DNA of 64,000 nucleotides from an uncultured Enterobacteriaceae bacterium (GTDB lineage Bacteria; Pseudomonadota; Gammaproteobacteria; Burkholderiales; SG8-39): NCBI GenBank assembly GCA_964612335.1, contig CAZTDU010000005.1, positions 20,729 to 84,728 of the forward strand, read 5' to 3'. Shown piece by piece: positions 53,636 to 62,435 of this stretch (position 1 is its first letter; each line of letters starts with the position of its first letter). The notes under the pieces were generated by a model. It saw only the letters and a program-made list of their open reading frames with translations, ran no database searches and was not told where the DNA came from. The position numbers and the translations under genes were made by a program.

Positions 53636-54555
53636 GCCACCAGCGCCTGCTCGCCCAGCGTGCGCAGCGTCCGGTTGAGCCACAGGTCCGTCGCAAGGTC
53701 GGTTGCGCGCCGCTCGGTACAGAGCTGCTTGAAATGCGCGTACTCGAGCGACCAGGTCGGATCGTCCTGCACCAGGGTCACCGATTCCTCCGGCGGCCGT
53801 CCGGAGGGCAGCACGCGCATGCGAACGGTGAACTTCGACGGCCCCCACTTGCACAGGGATTCGATGTGCGCAGTGCCGCGCTCGGCCAGCACGTCGCAGG
53901 TAAAGTGGTTGCGCCACATCAGCAGCGTCATCTCGAGCTCGATCTTCGGCCGCGAACCTTCGGACGCGATGACGACGTGGTCGGGTGCCCGGTTCTCGAA
54001 GCGGCTCGCGGACACCACGTGGAAATCGTCCGCGGGCCGGCCGAACCAGAACGACACGGTGTCCAGCAGGTGCGATCCCAGGTCCGGGAGCACGCCGGCC
54101 CCCTGGTCGCGCCACTCGGAGTTCCGCACCAGCCTGGCGGTTCCGTTGCCGTAGAACATCCGGCAGCGGTAGACCTGGCCCAGCCTGCCCGAGGCAATCA
54201 GGTCGCGCATGCGCACGTAGTGCGGCTCGAAACGGTGGTTGTACGCCGTGTAGCAGACCGCCGAATGCCGTTGCGCGAGCGCTTCCAGCTCCACGATCTG
54301 CGCGTCGTCCGCCGCCCAGAGCGGCTTCTCCAGCAGCACGTGCTTGCCGTTGCCGAGCAGGTAGCGCAGAAGCTCGACCTTTGGCTCGTCGGGTGTGCAC
54401 ACCAGCGCCGCGTCATAGTCCCCGAGCGGCACGTCGCTAACATCGCGGTAACGGGCGTCCGCGTGCACGGGGTCGACGGCGGCAACGAAATCCTGTCCCG
54501 CATGGTGCCGCCGCTTGTGGCCCTGAACGCCGAGCCCGACCACCACGATCTTCAT
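53632..54555 (-). CDS. Gfo/Idh/MocA-family NAD(P)-dependent oxidoreductase
   Basis: MKIVVVGLGVQG, HVLLEKPL, and TAYNHRF. Confidence 0.8.
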   Translation of the reverse strand: MKIVVVGLGVQGHKRRHHAGQDFVAAVDPVHADARYRDVSDVPLGDYDAALVCTPDEPKVELLRYLLGNGKHVLLEKPLWAADDAQIVELEALAQRHSAVCYTAYNHRFEPHYVRMRDLIASGRLGQVYRCRMFYGNGTARLVRNSEWRDQGAGVLPDLGSHLLDTVSFWFGRPADDFHVVSASRFENRAPDHVVIASEGSRPKIELEMTLLMWRNHFTCDVLAERGTAHIESLCKWGPSKFTVRMRVLPSGRPPEESVTLVQDDPTWSLEYAHFKQLCTERRATDLATDLWLNRTLRTLGEQALVA

Positions 54556-54571
54556 TCGCCGTCCTCGCGGG

Positions 54572-56119
54572 CTAGCCGTAGCTGGCCAGCTTTTCCACGG
54601 TGTCGATCTTCTTCAGCACCATGTCGGGCGTCACGGGAACGTTGCCGTCGTGCTCGCACTCGACACCGGCGGCGATGTTGCCGAGTATCGAAGCGATCAC
54701 CTCGTTCCTGGTTGCCACGAGCGCGAGCGTGGCGTAGGCCAGCAGCGCGTCGCCCGCGCCTACGGCGTCGACCACGCGCTCGACGAAGCTCTCGATGTTG
54801 AAGAATGCCCGCAGGTCCGACGAGTTCGCGCGATAGGTGATGATCCCCCGGTCGCCGCACTTCAGGATCAGCGTCTTGCATCCGGACTTCTGGTGCAGTT
54901 CCAGCGCGAGCGGCCGAACGACCGAATCCTGGTCGCCGAGCGCGAAGCGCGCCTCGCGCTCGTTCGGCGTAATGAGGTCGAATCCCTGGAACTCCAGGAT
55001 GTTCCCCCAGCGGCTCGCGACCTGGCTGTCTGCCACCCGGAAGGCGCCCGCGGGGATGGCGGCAGTCAACTGCGGGATCGTGCCGCGGTTGAACATGCCA
55101 TGGCGGAAGTCGCTGAACACCACCGCATCCGTCTTCGTGTCGCCGATCTGGCGGCGGATCTGCTCGACGATCTTGTCGGAGATCGAGCGGTTGTCGAGCG
55201 TATCGACCTTAAGCAGGCGGTAACCCTCCGCGACGATCGCGTTCTTGTTGGTCGTCGGTCGCGTCTCGTCGATGATCGGGAGGCAGTGCACGCCGTAGGT
55301 GCTCAGGTCGTCCAGCACGAACGTCTTGTAGTCGTCGTTGCCGAGCACGGTGGAGAACGTCACTTCCGCGCCCGCCGCCTTCAGGTGCTTGGCGACGATT
55401 CCCGCGCCTCCGACAAAGTCGGTCTTGTGGTCGAACCGCACGCTGATGGTCGGCGTCTTGGTCATGCCGCCGATCATCGAGGTATAGGTGTAGCTGTCGA
55501 CGATGGTGTCGCCGACGACGTGGGCGCGCAGGCCCTGCATCTTGCCCAGCGATTCGCGCAAGTCCTTGAATGTGATTCCTTCGGCCTGCATCAGCATCAA
55601 CAGCTTGTCTATGCCGATGTCCGGCGGCGCAAGCTCGATCAGCGCGGAAGACGAGTACACAATGTCCCCGGGCGTGAAGATCATCTCACCGCCGTAGGAT
55701 TCGAGGACCCTGATCTCTTCCTGCGTCTTGGGGTGGACCGCGCCCGCGGTGTACTCGTAGCCCTTGGCAAAGTAGTCAGGCTGGATCAGCGCGAGGTTCT
55801 TCAGCGGCGTGGGATCGTGGTCGACGACCACGTAGTCGACCATCTCGAGCGCCGCGAGGTTGACTGCGCGCAGGTCTTCCGGAACGTAGGGACGCAGGTT
55901 GCCCTTCATGATGTGCCGGTCCGCGGTCAGGCTCGCGACCAGCACGTCTGCCTTGGTTTTGGCGTAGAGCAGGTGCCGCACGTGCCCCGGATGGACGACG
56001 TCGAAGGTGCCGTGGCACATGATGACCCGCCGCTTGCGCGGCCTGGGGCCGATTGCGTCGCGGATATCCTCCGCCGACTTGATCTTGTGGGAGAAGAGAT
56101 GCTTGCTCGCGGGATCCAT
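54572..56119 (-). CDS. Bifunctional sugar-1-phosphate nucleotidyltransferase (N-terminal) / PfkB sugar kinase (C-terminal), HldE-like with inverted domain order
   Basis: Starts at MDPASKHLF. Cytidylyltransferase-fold CHGTFDVVHPGHVRHL at the N-terminus, and a PfkB domain ending with DAVGAGDALLAYATLAL. Confidence 0.8.
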   Translation of the reverse strand: MDPASKHLFSHKIKSAEDIRDAIGPRPRKRRVIMCHGTFDVVHPGHVRHLLYAKTKADVLVASLTADRHIMKGNLRPYVPEDLRAVNLAALEMVDYVVVDHDPTPLKNLALIQPDYFAKGYEYTAGAVHPKTQEEIRVLESYGGEMIFTPGDIVYSSSALIELAPPDIGIDKLLMLMQAEGITFKDLRESLGKMQGLRAHVVGDTIVDSYTYTSMIGGMTKTPTISVRFDHKTDFVGGAGIVAKHLKAAGAEVTFSTVLGNDDYKTFVLDDLSTYGVHCLPIIDETRPTTNKNAIVAEGYRLLKVDTLDNRSISDKIVEQIRRQIGDTKTDAVVFSDFRHGMFNRGTIPQLTAAIPAGAFRVADSQVASRWGNILEFQGFDLITPNEREARFALGDQDSVVRPLALELHQKSGCKTLILKCGDRGIITYRANSSDLRAFFNIESFVERVVDAVGAGDALLAYATLALVATRNEVIASILGNIAAGVECEHDGNVPVTPDMVLKKIDTVEKLASYG

Positions 56120-56121
56120 GG

Positions 56122-57126
56122 TCAGCGGCTCTGCGGGGTAAGGTATTCGAACCAGGTCTTCGTCGCCTTGGCGATCGAGTCCGGATCCCAGAGGGGTGCG
56201 TTCTTCCAGTAGTCGATGTTGGCGACGATCTTCGCCACGCCGTCCTCGAAACTGACCTTGGGCTTCCAGCCGAGCTCGGTGGTGATGCGTGTGATGTCGG
56301 CAAACGTGCACTCGGGCTCGCCGGGGCGCTTCGGGATGTACGTCTTGTCGCCCCCCAGCAGCTCGATCAGCCGGTTTACCGACTGCGGGTTGCCGGCGCC
56401 GAGGTTCCAGAAGCGGCCGACGCGCTCGGTCACCGCGGCGGCAAGGAACGCGCTCGCCACGTCGGTGACGTAGAGGAAGTCGCGCGACTGCGTGCCGTCG
56501 CCAACCACCGTGTAGGGCTTGCCGGCGAGCTTCTGGCGCAGGAACACGCCGAACACCGCGCCGTAGGCGCCCGAGGTGCGCGAGCGCGTGCCGTAGGCGT
56601 TGAAGATGCGCACCGAGTTGACCGGCAGCTTGTACACCTGGTGCCAGTGGAATGCCGCCTGCTCGCCCTGGTACTTCGACAGCGCGTACGGGTACTGCGG
56701 CTGGATCGGGTGGTCCTCGCGCGTGGGCACGCTGGCAAGGCCGTAGCAGGAAGACGACGCGGCGTAGACGAACTTCTCCACGCCGGCGTGCCTCGCGCAT
56801 TCGAGCATGTGCACCGTGCCCTGCACGTTCGCCGACATGTACTCCATCGGCTTCTCGATGGAGGGAACGATGTCGCCGATGCCGGCGAAGTGGAACACGT
56901 ACTTCGCGTCCTTGAACAACGGGTCGCCGGGCTGATAGCTGCGGATGTCGCGCTCCTCGAGCGCGAACCCGGGCGTGGAAGCGTGGTGGGCGACATTCTC
57001 CTTCCTGCCGCCCACCAGGTTGTCCGCCACGCGCACTGCAAACCCGCGCTCGACCAGCAGGTCCACCATGTGGCTGCCGATGAACCCGGCACCGCCGGTG
57101 ACGACGGCGACCGGCCGTGCTGTCAT
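56122..57126 (-). CDS. NAD-dependent nucleotide-sugar epimerase/dehydratase (extended SDR)
   Basis: VAVVTGGAGFIGSHMV, ASSSCYG, YALSKYQGE, and RIFNAYG. Confidence 0.85.
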   Translation of the reverse strand: MTARPVAVVTGGAGFIGSHMVDLLVERGFAVRVADNLVGGRKENVAHHASTPGFALEERDIRSYQPGDPLFKDAKYVFHFAGIGDIVPSIEKPMEYMSANVQGTVHMLECARHAGVEKFVYAASSSCYGLASVPTREDHPIQPQYPYALSKYQGEQAAFHWHQVYKLPVNSVRIFNAYGTRSRTSGAYGAVFGVFLRQKLAGKPYTVVGDGTQSRDFLYVTDVASAFLAAAVTERVGRFWNLGAGNPQSVNRLIELLGGDKTYIPKRPGEPECTFADITRITTELGWKPKVSFEDGVAKIVANIDYWKNAPLWDPDSIAKATKTWFEYLTPQSR

Positions 57127-58130
57127 GCCGCTTTGACCTCTTTCAACCGCCGGACGTTGAAGTAGAACGTGTCCTGCATGCTATTCGGCAGCTTGCCCGC
57201 CTTGAACGCCTTGCAGAGATCCCTCACCGCGTCTTCGACGGTGAAGCGCGGCTTGAAACCGAGCTCGCGCTGGATCTTGTCGGAATTGACGTGATACGAG
57301 CGGATGTCGTCCGTCGGCGTAGTCACGATCGGGATGTCCCCTTTCTCGGGGAACTCCTCCTGCACGATGCGCTTGGCGATCTGCGCGATCTCCATGATCG
57401 ACAGGTTCTGGAAGCCTGCGTTGAAGATCTTTCCGGCGATCTTTGCGTCGTCGATCTCGAGGAGCAGCTTGTACACGTCGCACATGTCCTGGATGTGCAG
57501 GTTCGGGCGCTTCTGCGAACCACCGAACACGGTAATCTTGCCGTTGTTGATGGCGTGGTTGGTGAGGATGTTCACCGACAGGTCGAGGCGCTGGCGCGGC
57601 GCGTAGCCGCACAGCGTCGCCGGCCGGATGACGACGCAGACGAAGTCGGGCGACTGGTGCTTGAACAGCAGCGGCTCGCACATGCCCTTGTACTTGTTGT
57701 ACAGGGTCAGCGGCACCAGCGGGTGCTCCTCGGTGACGTCCGGCGCGTCCGACACGCCGTACACCGAGCTGGAGGACGCATAGACGAAGCGCTTCACGCC
57801 GGCCTTCTTGGCCGCGATCACCATCGGCTCGAAGGCATCGAGGTTGATCGACGTGGACAGGTTCTCGTCCAGTTCGAAGCTGGCGTCGTTGGAGATGCAC
57901 GAGAGGTTGATGACGACGTCCACCCCCTGCATCGCGGCGGAGAGCTTGCCGGTGTCGCGAATGTCGCCCTTGATGACGGTGAGGTTCGGGTTCTGCTTCG
58001 GCAGGAAATCATCGCCGAAGTACATGATGTCGTAGGCGGTGACCTTGTAACCGAGGTCGAGCAGCTGGGGAACCAGCAGGCTGCCGACATAGCCGGCGCC
58101 CCCGGTGACGAGCACGTGCTTGAATTTCAT
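57123..58130 (-). CDS. NAD-dependent nucleotide-sugar epimerase/dehydratase (extended SDR)
   Basis: HVLVTGGAGYVGSLLV, ASSSSVYG, and YNKYKGMCE. ATGA overlap with the downstream SDR. Confidence 0.85.
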   Translation of the reverse strand: MKFKHVLVTGGAGYVGSLLVPQLLDLGYKVTAYDIMYFGDDFLPKQNPNLTVIKGDIRDTGKLSAAMQGVDVVINLSCISNDASFELDENLSTSINLDAFEPMVIAAKKAGVKRFVYASSSSVYGVSDAPDVTEEHPLVPLTLYNKYKGMCEPLLFKHQSPDFVCVVIRPATLCGYAPRQRLDLSVNILTNHAINNGKITVFGGSQKRPNLHIQDMCDVYKLLLEIDDAKIAGKIFNAGFQNLSIMEIAQIAKRIVQEEFPEKGDIPIVTTPTDDIRSYHVNSDKIQRELGFKPRFTVEDAVRDLCKAFKAGKLPNSMQDTFYFNVRRLKEVKAA

Positions 58131-58158
58131 GGATGGGTCCGTAAGTGTGATTGCAGGT

Positions 58159-58893
58159 TCAGGCGGCGGCGCGCGTCGCGATCTTGAAGCCCGCGGCGCT
58201 CGCGTCCTTGTAGAACATCTCGACGGTTTCGAGCGAATATTGGTCGAGGTCCTTGCCGACCAGCGACAGCTTCTTCAGGATGTCGTTGGTGGCGGTGATG
58301 ATGTGGCAGCCGACGGCGTCGGCCTGGAATATGTTCAGCAGCTCGCGCGGGCTGGCCCAGATCAGTTCGGCCCTGGGCTTCGCCTTCATGATCCGCACCG
58401 ACTCCGCCATCACCGGGACCGGGTCGCGCCCGGTGTCGGCGATGCGGCCGGCGAACACCGAGATAATCGCCGGCGTGTCGGCATGCAGCCGGTCGGTGAT
58501 GCGCTTCACTTGGTCGAGCGTCATCACCGCGGTGATGTTGAGCTGCACGCCCTGCTTCGAGAGCCGCTCGACCAGCGGTCCGCAGAACTCGCCCTTGGTA
58601 TTCGTCACCGGGATCTTCACGTTGACGTGCCTGCCCCAGGACGCGATCTCCAGCGCCTGCGCTTCCATGGTGGCGAAATCGTCGGCGAAGACCTCGAACG
58701 ATACCGGGCGATCCGGGATCGCCTTCAGCACGTCCAGCGCGAAGGCCTTGTAGTCGGTGATGCCGGCCTTGCGCATCAGCGTCGGGTTGGTCGTGAAACC
58801 GCTGATGCGCGGATTTGCTGCCATTTCCTTCATGCCGGCAAGGTCGGCGCCATCGGCGAACAGCTTGACCTTGAGAGCTTCTACGGTGCTCAT
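58159..58893 (-). CDS. Transaldolase, short (Fsa/TalC-like) subfamily
   Basis: KLFADGADLAGMKEMAANPRISGFTTNPTLM, VKIPVT, and NITAVMT. 244 aa. Confidence 0.85.
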   Translation of the reverse strand: MSTVEALKVKLFADGADLAGMKEMAANPRISGFTTNPTLMRKAGITDYKAFALDVLKAIPDRPVSFEVFADDFATMEAQALEIASWGRHVNVKIPVTNTKGEFCGPLVERLSKQGVQLNITAVMTLDQVKRITDRLHADTPAIISVFAGRIADTGRDPVPVMAESVRIMKAKPRAELIWASPRELLNIFQADAVGCHIITATNDILKKLSLVGKDLDQYSLETVEMFYKDASAAGFKIATRAAA

Positions 58894-58917
58894 CGTGGAT
58901 CCTGTGGAGGTGTGGAT

Positions 58918-59502
58918 TTATGCGTTGCGCCGCAATATGAGGTCTGCGGCGGCGGGTAGCGATTCTACCGCAACGTACGGTTTTTCGGGTTGTTTTTCCC
59001 GGTAGCCGCAGTCGATGAAGTAGGCGTGGCAGCCGGCGGCGTGGGCTGCGCCGACGTCGCGCCAGCGGTCGCCGACCAGGCTGCTGCGGGCCAGGTCGAT
59101 GCCGTGATCCGCAGCCGCCTTGAGGAGCATTCCCGCCTTCGGTTTCCGACACGCGCAGGCGTCGGCATCGACGTGGTAGCAGACCTCGATGCCGTCTATG
59201 GCGAGTGCTGTGCCGAGGCGATCGTGCATCGCCTCGACGACCTCGCGACGCTGCTTGCCGGTGGCCACGTCCGGCTGGTTGGTGACGACGATGTTCAGGA
59301 AGCCCGCGGCGCGCAGGCGCAGCAGCGCGTCCGCGACGCCGGGAAGGATCTCGAGTTGTTCCACCGAATCCGGTGGATAAGGCTTGCCGTCGCGGACAAC
59401 AGCCCGGTTTATGACCCCGTCGCGGTCGAGGAAGACCGCGCGCCTGCCTACCACTTGGTGGCGATTTGCTGCAGGGCCGGGTGGGAAACGAGGCAATGCC
59501 AC
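58918..59502 (-). CDS. gmhB: HAD-IIIA sugar bisphosphate phosphatase (GmhB-like)
   Basis: AVFLDRDGVIN (DxD nucleophile), VVTNQPDVA, CRKPKAGML, and VGDRWRDV. The start is either ATG 59502 or GTG 59454, which would overlap the gmhA-like stop by 7 nt. Confidence 0.8.
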   Translation of the reverse strand: MALPRFPPGPAANRHQVVGRRAVFLDRDGVINRAVVRDGKPYPPDSVEQLEILPGVADALLRLRAAGFLNIVVTNQPDVATGKQRREVVEAMHDRLGTALAIDGIEVCYHVDADACACRKPKAGMLLKAAADHGIDLARSSLVGDRWRDVGAAHAAGCHAYFIDCGYREKQPEKPYVAVESLPAAADLILRRNA

Positions 59503-60029
59503 ACCACTGCCTGGAAGGCCTCGGTGTGCGGGGTCACGCGCGACGCGTCCACCGTGGGAATCACGACGACGCAGTCGCCGATCTGCTTCGTGTAGCCGCC
59601 GTCGCGCCCGACCACGCCGTAGATCTTCGTGCCGCGTTCCTTCGCCACCTTGAGCCCGGCGACAATGTTGGCGCTGACATTCTTCTCCAGGTTGCCGCCG
59701 CCCACGGAGAAAACGAACACCGCGTCCTTGTCGTTCGCGCGGCTGGTGCGCAACCAGGCCGCGAACACCGTGTCCCAGCCCTCGTCGTTGGTGCGCGCGG
59801 TGAGTTCAGAGACGTTGTCGGTGGGTGCGTAGGCCTCGATGCCGCACAACTTGCGGAAGTCGTTCACCGCGTGCGTGCAATTGCCCGCACTGCCACCGAC
59901 GCCGAGCAGGAACAGGCGCCCGCCGCGCTCGCGCAGTGCGGCGAGTTCGCCGGCCAGTTTCTCGATCGCCGCGATGTCGATCGACTCGGCAACCTTCACC
60001 ACTTCCTTGAAGTACGTCTGCGTGTGCAT
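59448..60029 (-). CDS. gmhA: SIS-domain sugar-phosphate isomerase (divergent GmhA family)
   Basis: Starts at MHTQTYF. GRLFLLGVGGSAGNCTHAVNDF, VFVFSVGGG, AKERGTKIYGVVGRDGG, and TEAFQAVVWH align by eye with E. coli GmhA blocks, but with substitutions. Confidence 0.8.
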   Translation of the reverse strand: MHTQTYFKEVVKVAESIDIAAIEKLAGELAALRERGGRLFLLGVGGSAGNCTHAVNDFRKLCGIEAYAPTDNVSELTARTNDEGWDTVFAAWLRTSRANDKDAVFVFSVGGGNLEKNVSANIVAGLKVAKERGTKIYGVVGRDGGYTKQIGDCVVVIPTVDASRVTPHTEAFQAVVWHCLVSHPALQQIATKW

Positions 60030-60086
60030 GGAGTCTCTGCGGTGCGGAAAAGCGCGGATTATAGAGTACGCTTCGCGGCTTCCCTC
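60030..60086. promoter_or_regulatory. Divergent intergenic region with perfect minus-strand TATAAT
   Basis: A 57-bp gap between the gmhA-like gene (-) and the EamA gene (+). The minus strand reads TATAAT at 60063-60058, 29 nt upstream of ATG 60029. No convincing -35 was seen. Confidence 0.35.
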
Positions 60087-60929
60087 ATGGACCCGCTCGT
60101 CGTCGCCGCGATGCTTGCGGCTTCCCTGCTGCACGCATCCTGGCACGCGCTCGTCAAATCGAGCGACGACCGCATCACGGCGCTGGCCGGAATGAACGTG
60201 GTCAGCGGCGCATGCGCGCTGGCGTTGCTGCCGCTCGCGGGCGGCCTGCCGGCCGCGGCATGGGCTGTGATCGCCGGCTCGGTGCTGCTGCATGCGGGTT
60301 ACAAGATCGCGCTGGCGCGTCTGTACGTGCTGGCCGACCTCGGGCAGGCCTATCCGCTGGCGCGTGGATTGACGCCCATCTTCGCCGCAGCGCTCGCGTT
60401 CGCGCTGCTCGGCGAAGTACCGGGCGCCACCGCGCTCGCGGGGCTGGGGCTGATCTCTGCGGGCATCGTGCTGCTGGCATTCGAGCGCCGCGACGCGCGC
60501 CTGTCGCCCGCCGCCGCGCTAGCCGCGCTGCTGACCGGGGGCACGGTAGCGGCCTACTCGGTGGTCGATGCCTACGGCGTGCGGCTTGCAGGAAGCTGGT
60601 TTCCGTTCACGGTATGGCTGGTGCTCGCCGACAGCGCGGTCTTCGTCACCTATGCGCTGGCCACGCGCGGTACCCCGGTGCTGCTCGCCTGGCGCAGCGG
60701 GTGGCGCCGGGTGCTGGTGAGCGGCGGCCTGGGCGTCGCCTCGTTCGGCGTGTTCATGTGGGCGCTGGGCGAGGCGCCGGTCGGCCCGGTGTCCGCGCTG
60801 CGGGAAACCAGCATTCTGTTTGCCGCCATCATCGGTGTCGTGGTGCTACGAGAGACGCCGAGCCGCATCCGCATTGCCGCCGCTGCCATCGTGATGAGCG
60901 GCGTGGGAGCCATCGCGCTTGCCAGATAG
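60087..60929 (+). CDS. EamA/DMT-family transporter
   Basis: Starts at MDPLVVAAML. About ten TM helices in two EamA-like halves (..LGEVPGATALAGLGLISAGIVLL.. / ..LRETPSRIRIAAAAIVMSGVGAI..). Confidence 0.75.
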   Translation: MDPLVVAAMLAASLLHASWHALVKSSDDRITALAGMNVVSGACALALLPLAGGLPAAAWAVIAGSVLLHAGYKIALARLYVLADLGQAYPLARGLTPIFAAALAFALLGEVPGATALAGLGLISAGIVLLAFERRDARLSPAAALAALLTGGTVAAYSVVDAYGVRLAGSWFPFTVWLVLADSAVFVTYALATRGTPVLLAWRSGWRRVLVSGGLGVASFGVFMWALGEAPVGPVSALRETSILFAAIIGVVVLRETPSRIRIAAAAIVMSGVGAIALAR

Positions 60930-61605
60930 CGACCGCATCGACGCCTACCTTGCGTTCGCGCGCGAGCGGCCGGAATTGTTCGCAACGCCGGCGGGCGGCG
61001 TGCGCATCCTGCTGGAGCGCGCGGCGATCGAGTCGGTCGAGCGCGAGGTTGCCGCGAAGCTTGCCGCGCAGGGGCTGGACCCGGCAGGGGCACAGGTCGG
61101 CATCGTGCTGCGCGACCCCTGGTTCTATGTGCTTCGCGACGCGGTCGAGTTCCCTGACGGCTCGCGCCGCACGCACGCGCGCTCGATCAATCGCGTCGGC
61201 GATGGCGTCGCCGTGCTGCCAGTGCTGGAGGGCCGCATCGTGCTGATCCGGCATTTCCGCCATGCAGTGCGCCGCTGGATGCTGGAGGCGCCGCGCGGCG
61301 GCATCGAACCGGGGCAGACGGAAGAAGAAACCGCCCGCCAGGAGCTGCTCGAGGAAATTGGCGCGCGCGCAACCCGGCTCGTGCGACTGGGGTTCCTGCA
61401 CGGCTCGGCCAACATCTACGCCAACGGCGCGCATCTGTACTACGCCGAGCTTGCCTCGGTCGGCACGCCACAGCTGGGCGAGGGCATCGTCGCGATCGAG
61501 CAGCTGACCCCGACTCAGTTCGAACGGCATCTGCTGGACGGCGAGATTCTTGATGCATTCACCGTGGCGGCGTTCGCGCACGCCAGGCTACGCCGCCTGG
61601 TCTAG
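60919..61605 (+). CDS. NUDIX hydrolase (ADP-sugar pyrophosphatase-like)
   Basis: Nudix box GGIEPGQTEEETARQELLEEIG. The TTG start given by the ORF track is uncertain. Overlaps the EamA gene end by 11 nt. Confidence 0.75.
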   Translation: MPDSDRIDAYLAFARERPELFATPAGGVRILLERAAIESVEREVAAKLAAQGLDPAGAQVGIVLRDPWFYVLRDAVEFPDGSRRTHARSINRVGDGVAVLPVLEGRIVLIRHFRHAVRRWMLEAPRGGIEPGQTEEETARQELLEEIGARATRLVRLGFLHGSANIYANGAHLYYAELASVGTPQLGEGIVAIEQLTPTQFERHLLDGEILDAFTVAAFAHARLRRLV

Positions 61606-62435
61606 GCCGCTACGCACTCCGCAAGCAGTTCGCGCCAGTCGGGCAGCGCGCGCCCGAGGCACTGCGCCGCCTTTCCATTGTCGAGGGCTGAATTGGCCGG
61701 CCGGCGCGCCGGCGTCGGATAGTCGGTGGTCGCAACCGCGTCCACCGGCACCTGCACCCCGATCGCCGCGACGATCGCGCACGCGAAACCGTGCCAGGTG
61801 GTTGCGCCCGAAGGCACCAGGTTGAAGAGGCCGCGCGCGCCCCGCCCGAGCAGGGCTACGGTCTCGCGGGCAAGGAAGGCGCTGGTCGTCGGCACGCCAT
61901 GCTGGTCGGCGACCACGCGCAGCCGCTCGCCGGCCTCTGCCTTGCGGCGGATCGTCAGGTAGAAGTTCCTGCCGCGCGGCCCGTATACCCAGCTGGTGCG
62001 CAGGACCAGGTGCGCGGCGCCGCTGGCGGCGATGCGCCGTTCGCCCTCGAGCTTGCTGCGCCCGTACGCGCTCGAGGGACTGGTCGCATCCTCTTCCGAG
62101 TACGCGCCGGCCTTCTTGCCGTCGAACACATAGTCGGTCGAATAGTGCACCAGCAGCGCACCCGAGAGCGCCGCCTCCTCGGCCAGCACGCCCGGTGCTT
62201 CGCCGTTGATGCGCATCGCGAGCTCGGGTTCGGACTCGGCCTTGTCCACCGCGGTGTACGCCGCGGCGTTGACGATGATGCCGGGCTTCGCCTCGCGGAC
62301 GATGCGCCGCACGGCGTCCAGATCGGCGAGATCGAGCTTAGTCCGGTCGGTGGCCAGCACTTCGCCCAGCGCAGGCAGCGCGCGCTCCAGCTCCCAGCCC
62401 ACCTGGCCGTTGCGGCCCGTGAGCAGGATCCTCAC
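61602..62435 (-). CDS. rmlD: dTDP-4-dehydrorhamnose reductase
   Basis: GTG start [36 protein letters not shown], and YGRSKLEGE. GTGA overlap with the rmlC stop. Confidence 0.9.
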   Translation of the reverse strand: MRILLTGRNGQVGWELERALPALGEVLATDRTKLDLADLDAVRRIVREAKPGIIVNAAAYTAVDKAESEPELAMRINGEAPGVLAEEAALSGALLVHYSTDYVFDGKKAGAYSEEDATSPSSAYGRSKLEGERRIAASGAAHLVLRTSWVYGPRGRNFYLTIRRKAEAGERLRVVADQHGVPTTSAFLARETVALLGRGARGLFNLVPSGATTWHGFACAIVAAIGVQVPVDAVATTDYPTPARRPANSALDNGKAAQCLGRALPDWRELLAECVAA

